Source of the DNA: Cereibacter sphaeroides 2.4.1
Lineage (GTDB): Bacteria > Pseudomonadota > Alphaproteobacteria > Rhodobacterales > Rhodobacteraceae
Direction: 5' to 3'
Assembly: GCF_000012905.2 (NCBI RefSeq)
Contig: NC_007493.2
Span: forward strand, 2,460,001-2,492,000
Length of the DNA stretch: 32,000 nucleotides
In this document: positions 18,438-25,661 of the stretch, in pieces
Layout: every line of letters starts with the position of its first letter
Numbering within the stretch: the first letter of the stretch is position 1
Position numbers and translations under genes: made by a program
Notes under the pieces: model-generated
What the model was told of the DNA's origin: nothing
The model's database searches: none
What the model saw: the letters and a program-made list of their open reading frames with translations, nothing else

Positions 18438-19336
18438 CCCTGCGCGAGCTGCTGAGCGAGATCGCGACGCCCGACCGGCAGGCCGACCGGGTGGTGCCGC
18501 CCTCGGGCCACACGGCCTGGCTCACGGGCTTCACCGCGGGCACGATGGCCTTCCTCGCCGTCTTCGCGCTGGCGCTGTCGCTGGCGGCCGGGCGGCTCGC
18601 CGACCGCTGGGGCGAGGCGCTGGAGCGCACGGCCACCATCCGCATCTCGGCGCCCGAGGAGCAGATGGAGCTGCAGACGCGGGCCGTGCTCGACCTGCTG
18701 GCCACCACGCCGGGCGTGGCGTCGGCCCGCGCGCTGACCGATGACGAGGAGCACGCGCTGCTCGAACCCTGGTTCGGCTCGGATCTGCCCCTCGACACGC
18801 TGCCGATCCCGCGGCTGATCGAGCTGCAGGAGGAGGGCCAAGGATACGACGCGCAGGGCCTGCGCCAGCGCCTCGCGGCCGAGGCCCCGGGCGCGATCCT
18901 CGACGACCATCTGCGCTGGCGTCAGCCGCTGGCCATCGCGGCCTCGCGGCTGCGGCTGCTGGGCACGGTCTCGATCCTGCTCATCCTCGCCAGCACGGCC
19001 GCGATGATCACGCTGGCGGCCAATGCCTCGCTCGCGGCCAATGCGCAGGTGATCGGGGTGCTGCGCCTCGTGGGGGCGCGCGACATCTATATCGCGCGGG
19101 CCTTCGTGCGGCGCTTCACGCTGCGCGCGCTGGCGGGCGCCGCGGCCGGAACCGCCGGCGGCCTCGTTGCCGTGATGCTCCTGCCCTCGGCCGATGCGGC
19201 GGGCGGGTTCCTGACCGGCCTCGGCTTTCAGGGCGCGGGCTGGCTCCTGCCCTTCCTGCTGCCGCCCGTCGCCGCCGTCACCGCCTTCCTCGCGACCCGC
19301 GCCGCCGCCTTCCGCAAACTGAAGGAACTCACCTGA
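18434..19336 (+). CDS. ftsX: Cell division permease-like protein FtsX, 300 aa.
   Basis: The GTG at 18434 overlaps the ftsE stop (GTGA). The protein has one N-terminal TM, a periplasmic domain, then three C-terminal TM helices (FtsX architecture). Confidence 0.82.
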   Translation: MTLRELLSEIATPDRQADRVVPPSGHTAWLTGFTAGTMAFLAVFALALSLAAGRLADRWGEALERTATIRISAPEEQMELQTRAVLDLLATTPGVASARALTDDEEHALLEPWFGSDLPLDTLPIPRLIELQEEGQGYDAQGLRQRLAAEAPGAILDDHLRWRQPLAIAASRLRLLGTVSILLILASTAAMITLAANASLAANAQVIGVLRLVGARDIYIARAFVRRFTLRALAGAAAGTAGGLVAVMLLPSADAAGGFLTGLGFQGAGWLLPFLLPPVAAVTAFLATRAAAFRKLKELT

Positions 19337-19337
19337 C

Positions 19338-20063
19338 ATGCGCACCGCGCTGCAATGGATCCGGTCCATCCTCTTCAACATCGTGATGTATGTCTCGATG
19401 ATCGCCATCGCGCTGGCCTTCACGCCGCTCGTGCTGGTCGACCGCAAGTGGGCGCCGGTCTGGATGCGGATCTTCGCGCGCTGGACGCGCTTCACGCTGC
19501 GCTGGATCGCGGGGCTCCGGACCGAGGTGCGGGGCGAGATCCCCACGACCGGCGCGCTCATCGCCTCGAAGCACCAGAGCTTCCTCGATTCCATCCTGCT
19601 CTTCTCGGTGCTGCCCGCGCCGCGCTTCATCATGAAGAAGCAGCTGGCCTGGATCCCGCTGATGGGCTGGATGGCGCTTCAGGCGGGCTTCATTCCGGTG
19701 GACCGCGGCAAGCGGGGCGCGGCCATCAAGAAGATGATGGCCGATGTCGAGAAGGGCCGCGCGACGCCGGGCCAGCTCATCATCTATCCGCAGGGCACCC
19801 GCGTGGCTCCGGGCGCGCATCTGCCCTACAAGATGGGCACCGCCGCCCTCTACGGCCAGCTCGATCAGCCCTGCTATCCGGTGGCGGCCAATGTGGGCGT
19901 CTTCTGGCCGCGGCACGGGATCTATCGCCGGCCCGGCACCGCCGTGGTGGAGTTCCTGCCGCCGATCCAGCCCGGCCAAACGGCCGCGGCCTTCATGGTC
20001 GAGCTGGAGACCGCGATCGAGGACGCCTCGAACCGGCTGATCGCCGAGGCCCGGCAGGGCTGA
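19338..20063 (+). CDS. plsC: 1-acyl-sn-glycerol-3-phosphate (lysophospholipid) acyltransferase, 241 aa.
   Basis: It has the HX4D motif KHQSFLD and the YPQGTR motif. It starts 1 nt after the ftsX stop. Confidence 0.85.
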   Translation: MRTALQWIRSILFNIVMYVSMIAIALAFTPLVLVDRKWAPVWMRIFARWTRFTLRWIAGLRTEVRGEIPTTGALIASKHQSFLDSILLFSVLPAPRFIMKKQLAWIPLMGWMALQAGFIPVDRGKRGAAIKKMMADVEKGRATPGQLIIYPQGTRVAPGAHLPYKMGTAALYGQLDQPCYPVAANVGVFWPRHGIYRRPGTAVVEFLPPIQPGQTAAAFMVELETAIEDASNRLIAEARQG

Positions 20064-20075
20064 GCGGCCCGGCCC

Positions 20076-20666
20076 TCAGCCGGCCACCGGACGCACCATG
20101 GTGATGGCGGCATTGAAGCCGAAGACGTAGCGCAGAAGCCCGATCCGGTGGCTCCGGATCGCGATGAAGCCCTGCCGCTCATAGAGGGCGCGGGCGCGCC
20201 AGTTGGTGTCGATCACATCGAGCCGCACCGCCGGATAGCCGCGCCGGACCGCCTCGGCGCAGATCCCCTCGAGAAGGGCGCTGCCGATCCCCCGGCTGCG
20301 CAGGTCGCGCGCGACGCAGATCCCGTCGAGGAGGAACCGCTCGTTGTCGACATCGCCCTGCAGCGCCCGCAGCATCAGTACGCGCCATGTGCCGCCCCAG
20401 ACGCCGTAGACCGCGCGCATGTCGGCACAGGTGCCGCCTGCAAAGCCGCCGGCCGGCGTCTTGAAGCCCGCGAGCCCCAGAAGCCGGCCCTCGGCATCGA
20501 CGGCCGCCAGCACATGGTCGGCCCGCATCACCCGCTCGAGGAAGGCCAGCGCCCGCGGCTCGGGCCCCATGACCCGGTCGAGCTTGCCGCCGAAGGCCTG
20601 CCAGTAGAGCTCGGCCGCCAGCCGCCGCTGCCCGGGCGGCAGCCCCTGCCGGACCTCGATCCTCAT
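20076..20666 (-). CDS. GNAT family N-acetyltransferase, 196 aa.
   Basis: It has the acetyl-CoA binding motif RSRGIGSALL plus YERQGF. Its start overlaps the upstream stop (ATGA). Confidence 0.8.
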   Translation of the reverse strand: MRIEVRQGLPPGQRRLAAELYWQAFGGKLDRVMGPEPRALAFLERVMRADHVLAAVDAEGRLLGLAGFKTPAGGFAGGTCADMRAVYGVWGGTWRVLMLRALQGDVDNERFLLDGICVARDLRSRGIGSALLEGICAEAVRRGYPAVRLDVIDTNWRARALYERQGFIAIRSHRIGLLRYVFGFNAAITMVRPVAG

Positions 20667-22021
20667 ATCAGCGCAAGCCGCAGCTGCTCGGCCTGCCCCG
20701 CGCCGAGGATCCAGCCCTCCTCGGCCCGGCCCGGCCAGTCCGGCACATCCGCCAGAAGCGCGGCGAGCGAGCCGTCGCGCGCCATCCGCCAGAGCGCCCG
20801 CGCCATCAGCCGCACCTGCGCGGAATCCTTGATCTCGCCCTCGCGGGTGGCCTTCGAGATCGCGGGGCCGAGCAGCGAGGGATAGATCTCGGCCAGCACG
20901 ATGGGGCCGGTGGCGGGCTCGAACGGCCAGGCCTGGGCGTGGAAGCGGCGGCGGAGCCGCGCGATCACCGGCAGCCCGAGCAGCGCCTGCGAGCCCACCG
21001 ACCCCGTGGTATAGAGCTTCCAGACCGGATGGGCCTTCGGCACCGCCTGCTCGACCCGTCGGCGCTCGGCGATGCCCAGAGCCTCGTGGTCGCAGAGCTT
21101 GCGGTCAGGCAGATGGTCGAGCGCAAGCCCGCCCGGCCGGCCCCAGAACGGCCCCTGCCCCGGAAAGCCCGCGTTGATCCGGTCGGCGAACTGGAAGCGG
21201 GTGTTGGCATTGTCCGGCCCGTCCTCGATCCGCGCCTCGAGCCAGTCCCAGAGCGCGGGCGCGAAGGCCTGCCCGGTCAGGCGCGGCGCGAACCCTTCGG
21301 GATAGCCGAAGGGGAAGTCGAAGCCCGCGAGCACCCGCCGCCCCGCCGTCAGTTCGAAGGCGAAGAGGTCGTTCAGATGCGCCTCGGCATCGGCGCGGGT
21401 GCGGTGATAGCTGACCGTCTCGCCCAGCGGAGAGGCCACCCCGATCCAGATCGCATCCGACGAGGGCTTGCGTGGCGAGGGCACCGAGGCGCCCGACCAG
21501 TCGACCGCGATCACCGTGTCGAAGCCCGACCGCACCAGCCCCGAATCGGTGAGCAGGAAGTCGGCCACCGCCTCGGTATCGTCCAGATCGAGCACCGGAA
21601 CCGGCAGCGCCATCTGCGTGTCGCTCGCCACCGCGCGCACCCACGGATCCTCGGGCTGCCGCAGCGCATGGCCCGCAGCCTTGCGGAACACCTCGATCTT
21701 CGGATGGGGCTCGGTCTTGTAGCCTTCGACCAGCACCAGATCGACCGGCGCCATCCGCTCGAGGATGGCGGCAAGGCGCGGCGGCTCGCCGCGATGCTCG
21801 CGCGTGAGGATCAGGCGGCGCGGTCCCGCCAGCACCACTTCGGCGGCGCCCGCCGCGCGGTGGCGGTGGCTGTCGCTGCCGGGCGGGTCGGGATCCACGT
21901 CATGATGGCTGTGCTTCACGGTCGAGACGCTGAAGCCGCGGGCGGCGATGGCCGCCACCAGCCGCTCGACGAGCCCGGTCTTGCCCGCATCCTTCCAGCC
22001 GATGATCCCGTAGACCCTCAT
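20663..22021 (-). CDS. mobB: MobB (molybdopterin-guanine dinucleotide biosynthesis adapter) fused to a ~290-aa uncharacterised RNase-H-like/DUF429-like domain, 452 aa.
   Basis: ORF 20663..22270(-) trimmed to the ATG at 22021, which overlaps the mobA stop. The N-terminus MRVYGIIGWKDAGKTGLVERL carries a P-loop, followed by VLVEGYK. The C-terminal domain has the motifs IAVDWSGA, GFDFPFGYP and LAEIYPS. Confidence 0.8.
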   Translation of the reverse strand: MRVYGIIGWKDAGKTGLVERLVAAIAARGFSVSTVKHSHHDVDPDPPGSDSHRHRAAGAAEVVLAGPRRLILTREHRGEPPRLAAILERMAPVDLVLVEGYKTEPHPKIEVFRKAAGHALRQPEDPWVRAVASDTQMALPVPVLDLDDTEAVADFLLTDSGLVRSGFDTVIAVDWSGASVPSPRKPSSDAIWIGVASPLGETVSYHRTRADAEAHLNDLFAFELTAGRRVLAGFDFPFGYPEGFAPRLTGQAFAPALWDWLEARIEDGPDNANTRFQFADRINAGFPGQGPFWGRPGGLALDHLPDRKLCDHEALGIAERRRVEQAVPKAHPVWKLYTTGSVGSQALLGLPVIARLRRRFHAQAWPFEPATGPIVLAEIYPSLLGPAISKATREGEIKDSAQVRLMARALWRMARDGSLAALLADVPDWPGRAEEGWILGAGQAEQLRLALI

Positions 22022-22599
22022 GCGTCCTTCCGCAGCAGCGATTCGGCCCGCGCGAGGTCTTCGGGCGCATTCAGGTTGAGGAAGGCGTTTTCGTCGGGAA
22101 ATCCAGCCCGTGCGGCCCCATGCCGCGCCGCAAAGCCCATGACGCGCGCCTCGCCCGCGGCCAGCCACGCGGCGAGATCCTCCGCCACCGCCACCGGCCA
22201 GAGCCCGCAGGCCGGATGCACGCGCCCGCCCGCCTCGGCCACCGCGCAGGTGCCCTCGCCCGCAAGCCACAGCCGGGGCGCGAGATCCCCCGGCACGAAG
22301 GGCGTGTCCACCGGCGCCGTCACCAGCGCGTCGGCCCCTGCCGCCGCCGCCCAGCGCAGCCCCGCGAGCACGCCCGAGAGCGGCCCCTGCGGATGTTCGT
22401 CGCGCAGCACCGGCAGGCCCAGCCCCGCAAAGCGCGCGGGATCGCCGTTCGCGCTGATCGCCAGCTCCTCGACCTGGGGCCCGAGCCGCTCGGCCACCCA
22501 GGTCACAAGGAGCCTGCCCCCCAGCGTGAGGGACGCCTTGTCCGTTCCGCCCATCCGCCGGCCCTCGCCCCCGGCGAGGATCAGACCGAAAAGTCGCAT
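22018..22599 (-). CDS. mobA: Molybdenum cofactor guanylyltransferase MobA, 193 aa.
   Basis: ORF 22018..23238(-) trimmed to the ATG at 22599 with GGAGG 5 nt upstream. The signature is MRLFGLILAGGEGRRMGGTDK. Confidence 0.88.
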   Translation of the reverse strand: MRLFGLILAGGEGRRMGGTDKASLTLGGRLLVTWVAERLGPQVEELAISANGDPARFAGLGLPVLRDEHPQGPLSGVLAGLRWAAAAGADALVTAPVDTPFVPGDLAPRLWLAGEGTCAVAEAGGRVHPACGLWPVAVAEDLAAWLAAGEARVMGFAARHGAARAGFPDENAFLNLNAPEDLARAESLLRKDA

Positions 22600-22674
22600 G
22601 GCCGCCTCCGATTGCATCGTCCGACGAGAAGCCCTAAGCGCAAGAGTTGCGTCCGACAACCACAAGGTTCTGCC

Positions 22675-23382
22675 ATGTCCACCCGACGCTCGGCCTTCCT
22701 GCGCGGTCTCTGGGCCGCCACGCCCTTCTCGCTGGTGATCGCGCCTTTCGGGCTTCTCTTCGGTGTCGTGGGGACCGAGGCGGGGCTCGACATCGTCGAG
22801 GTGATGGGCTTCTCGATCATCGTGATCGCCGGGGCGGCGCAGTTTGCGGCGGTGCAGATGATGGCCGACCATGCGCCGACGCTCATCATCCTCGCCACAT
22901 CGCTCGCGGTGAACCTGCGAATGGCGATGTATTCGGCCTCGCTCACGCCGCATCTGGGGCCCGCGCCCGCAGGTCTGCGCGCGCTGATCGCCTATTGCCT
23001 CGTGGACCAGACCTACACCGCCTCGATGATCGAGTTCGACCGCGCGCCCCAGCAGAGCCTCGGCGAGAAGATCGCCTTCTTCTTCGGAACCGTGCTGCCG
23101 GTCTGCCCGCTCTGGTATGGCTCGACCTATGTCGGCGCCCGGCTCGGCACGAAGATCCCGCCGGAGTTCGCGCTCGATTTCGCGGTGCCCATCACCTTCC
23201 TCGCGATGATCGCGCCGCTCCTGCGCACGCCGGCCCATATCGCGGCGGCGGGCGTGTCGGTCGCGCTGTCGCTGGTGCTGGCCTTCATGCCCTACAACAG
23301 CGGGCTTCTGGTGGCGGCGGTGGCTGCGATGGTGACGGGGGCGCAGGTCGAGGCCTGGACCGAGCGGAGGCGCGCAGCATGA
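22675..23382 (+). CDS. azlC: AzlC family branched-chain amino acid exporter subunit, 235 aa.
   Basis: ORF 22120..23382 trimmed to the ATG at 22675. This is a polytopic membrane protein (IVIAGAAQFAAVQM...) paired with a downstream AzlD-like gene. Confidence 0.8.
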   Translation: MSTRRSAFLRGLWAATPFSLVIAPFGLLFGVVGTEAGLDIVEVMGFSIIVIAGAAQFAAVQMMADHAPTLIILATSLAVNLRMAMYSASLTPHLGPAPAGLRALIAYCLVDQTYTASMIEFDRAPQQSLGEKIAFFFGTVLPVCPLWYGSTYVGARLGTKIPPEFALDFAVPITFLAMIAPLLRTPAHIAAAGVSVALSLVLAFMPYNSGLLVAAVAAMVTGAQVEAWTERRRAA

Positions 23383-23711
23383 TCGAGGATTCCGTTCAGG
23401 TCTGGACCGTCATGATCGTGCTGGGACTCGGCACGTTCCTGCTGCGCTTCTCGTTCCTCGGGCTGATCGGCAGCCGCTCGCTGCCGCTGTGGGCGTTGAG
23501 GCTCCTGCGCTACACGCCGGTCGCCGTACTGCCGGGGCTGGTGGCGCCGCTGGTGCTCTGGCCGCCGGCAACGGGCGGCGAGACCGATCCCGCGCGGCTC
23601 GCCGCGGCGGTCGCCACGGTGGCTCTGGGTCTTCTCACCCGCAACGTCTTCGCCGCGATCTTCGGCGGGGCGGCGGTGCTCTACCTCACGCCGTGGCTCC
23701 TCAGCCTCTGA
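23379..23711 (+). CDS. azlD: AzlD family small membrane subunit, 110 aa.
   Basis: The ATG at 23379 overlaps the azlC stop (ATGA). MIEDSVQVWTVMIVLGLGTFLLRFSFLGL... has four hydrophobic segments. Confidence 0.78.
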   Translation: MIEDSVQVWTVMIVLGLGTFLLRFSFLGLIGSRSLPLWALRLLRYTPVAVLPGLVAPLVLWPPATGGETDPARLAAAVATVALGLLTRNVFAAIFGGAAVLYLTPWLLSL

Positions 23712-23735
23712 TCCCGGCGATCCGGGGCCCGCGGC

Positions 23736-24347
23736 TCAGTTGAGGCGCGGGTCGCCGTGCTGGACGATGAGCACGCCATGGTTGTCGTCGGCATCGTCGT
23801 CGTGGATCGTGCGGCTGGTCGCGCCCGGCAGCTGGCCGAACTCCTCGCGCAGGCGGTTCGGGAACCAGGTCACGTCGACCTGCTCGAGCCCGGGCGTGCC
23901 ATGCAGGATGGTCGAGATCGCCCGCGCACAATTGGCCTTGGGCACCGCGCCATAGGCCAGCGCGCGCTGCAGCACCGTCTCGGCCACAGCGGGGGGCACG
24001 CGCAGCGTCTGTTCATGGACGTCGAAGGTCTCGCGCGCGTGATAGTCGATGTAGTAGGCCACCACCTTCGGCGTGACGCCGAAATGGACGTCGTTGCGCT
24101 CGGGCAGGGCTGGATGGTGCCACGAGCCGGCAGGGTCGAACATGACGACCTGACTGCCGTTGATGAGCAGGCCCGAATGGGCGCCGCTGCCGTCCTTCAC
24201 CCGCGTGACCGTGAAGAGCGTGATCGAGGCAGGCTCGGTCGAGACATAGCGGGCACGCGCCACCTGATCGTCGGGCGCCCAGACGGGCTCGGCACCGCCG
24301 CAGGCGGCCAGCGCCACGAAGGCGGCGCAGAAGAGAAGATGGCGCAT
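23736..24347 (-). CDS. Lipoprotein of unknown function (possible permuted papain/NlpC-P60-like fold), 203 aa.
   Basis: MRHLLFCAAFVALAACGG has the lipobox LAAC. GC3 is high. His57 (GAHSGLLI) and His77/78 precede Cys140 (AYGAVPKANCARAIS). Confidence 0.75.
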   Translation of the reverse strand: MRHLLFCAAFVALAACGGAEPVWAPDDQVARARYVSTEPASITLFTVTRVKDGSGAHSGLLINGSQVVMFDPAGSWHHPALPERNDVHFGVTPKVVAYYIDYHARETFDVHEQTLRVPPAVAETVLQRALAYGAVPKANCARAISTILHGTPGLEQVDVTWFPNRLREEFGQLPGATSRTIHDDDADDNHGVLIVQHGDPRLN

Positions 24348-24381
24348 GAAAAGTCCGGGCTTGCGGCGTCCGCGAGGAAGA

Positions 24382-24567
24382 TCAGGCGTTGGCCAGCGCG
24401 AGGAAGATCAGGGCCGCGACGATGACCACGGCGGCCCATGTCACCATCCGGACGAAGCCCGCGAAGGTCTTCTCCTGCTGGGTGATGTCCATCGAGCCTG
24501 CCACATGCCCGTGAGCGGGATGCGAGTGATCTGCCATCGGTCCGGTCCCCTTGTTAGTCTCTGCCAT
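24382..24567 (-). CDS. ctaH: aa3-type cytochrome c oxidase subunit IV (single-TM, CtaH-like), 61 aa or 51 aa from the second ATG at 24537.
   Basis: MDITQQEKTFAGFVRMVTWAAVVIVAALIFLALANA closely parallels Paracoccus CtaH (MDIRHQQATFAGFIKG...FLALANS, recalled). GGGAGGA lies 11 nt upstream of 24567. Confidence 0.8.
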   Translation of the reverse strand: MAETNKGTGPMADHSHPAHGHVAGSMDITQQEKTFAGFVRMVTWAAVVIVAALIFLALANA

Positions 24568-24626
24568 CTATCCGATTTCCTCCCTTCTGTCACGCCCTTG
24601 CAGCCCCGGCCGCGCAGGGGCACGCC

Positions 24627-25661
24627 TCAGCCCCGGGCCCGCTGCCAGAGCCATGCGCCCTGCGCGTCGACCGTCCGCGAGACCTCGCCCCGGTGCCAGA
24701 GGTGGTTCAGATGCGCCACCGCCTCGACCAGCGCCATGCCGTAGGCCGGCCCCGTCAGCTCGCGCCCGAACAGCGGAAGGAAACAGCCCACCGCCGTCCG
24801 GGGTTCCGCGAGATGGGTCCGCAGCCGCTCGAGCGCGCCCTCGTGGTTCTCGATCATCTGGCGCAGGCGGAGGGGCAGGCCCGTGAAGGGCAGCTTGTGG
24901 CCCGGCAGGATCAGGTGCCGCGGTTCGGCATGGGCCTGAAACGCCCGGCAGGAGTCGAGCCAGTCGGCCAAGGGATCGGCCTCGGGCTCTGAGGCATAGA
25001 CGCCGATATTGGCCGAGATGCCCGGCAGAAGCTGATCGCCCCCGAGCACCAGATCGTCGTCGAGGCTCCAGAGCGTGGCATGTTCCGGCGCATGGCCGTG
25101 GCCGATCCGCACCCGCCAGCGGCGCCCGCCCGCGACCAGCTCGGAACCCTCGACGATCCGGGTGAAGCCCAGCGGCAGGGGCGCCACCATGTCGGAGAAG
25201 TTGAAGGGCCGCTCGGCCGCGCGCTCAGCCAGCATGGCGGGCGGCATCCCCGCCCCGCGCCAGAAGGCCAGCGTCTCGGGCGCGGGCACTTCCTGCACGT
25301 CGAGCACCAGCATCCGGGCATAGAGCCAAGAGGTGCGGGTGGTCACGAGCTCGGCCCCCATCGACTGGAACCAGCCGGCAAGGCCCACATGGTCGGGGTG
25401 GTAATGGGTCACGATCACCCGCCGGACGGGCCGCCCGCCGAGCGGGCCCGCCAGAAGCCGCTCCCAGATCGCGCGGCCGCGGCGGCTGTCGAAGCCCGTG
25501 TCCACGAGCGTCCAGCCGTCGCCGTCGTCCAGCGCGAAGACATTCACATGGTCGAGCTGCATCGGCAGCGGCAGGCGCAGCCAGAGCACACCCGGGGCGA
25601 GTGGAATGGCCGAGCCTTCCTCGGGCGGGATCTCGAACGGGGTCCGGATCTGGGCCGTCAC
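24627..25661 (-). CDS. MBL-fold metallo-hydrolase (LACTB2-like, with a C-terminal helical/winged-helix-like extension), 344 aa.
   Basis: The GTG start at 25661 overlaps the upstream acyl-CoA dehydrogenase stop (GTGA). The THYHPDH metal-binding motif is present, and HGHAPEH and PGH supply further ligands. Confidence 0.8.
   Translation of the reverse strand: MTAQIRTPFEIPPEEGSAIPLAPGVLWLRLPLPMQLDHVNVFALDDGDGWTLVDTGFDSRRGRAIWERLLAGPLGGRPVRRVIVTHYHPDHVGLAGWFQSMGAELVTTRTSWLYARMLVLDVQEVPAPETLAFWRGAGMPPAMLAERAAERPFNFSDMVAPLPLGFTRIVEGSELVAGGRRWRVRIGHGHAPEHATLWSLDDDLVLGGDQLLPGISANIGVYASEPEADPLADWLDSCRAFQAHAEPRHLILPGHKLPFTGLPLRLRQMIENHEGALERLRTHLAEPRTAVGCFLPLFGRELTGPAYGMALVEAVAHLNHLWHRGEVSRTVDAQGAWLWQRARG

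Noticed and set aside
18017-19633. A 538-aa ORF antisense to ftsE/ftsX/plsC.
   Set aside because: This is a shadow ORF. The opposite strand encodes Walker A/B, the ABC signature, FtsX TM helices and an HX4D acyltransferase.
20939-22738. A 599-aa plus-strand ORF across the mobB-fusion and mobA genes.
   Set aside because: It is antisense to genes with P-loop and LAGGxxxRMGG motifs. Its translation is Arg/Pro/Ala-rich with no domain features.
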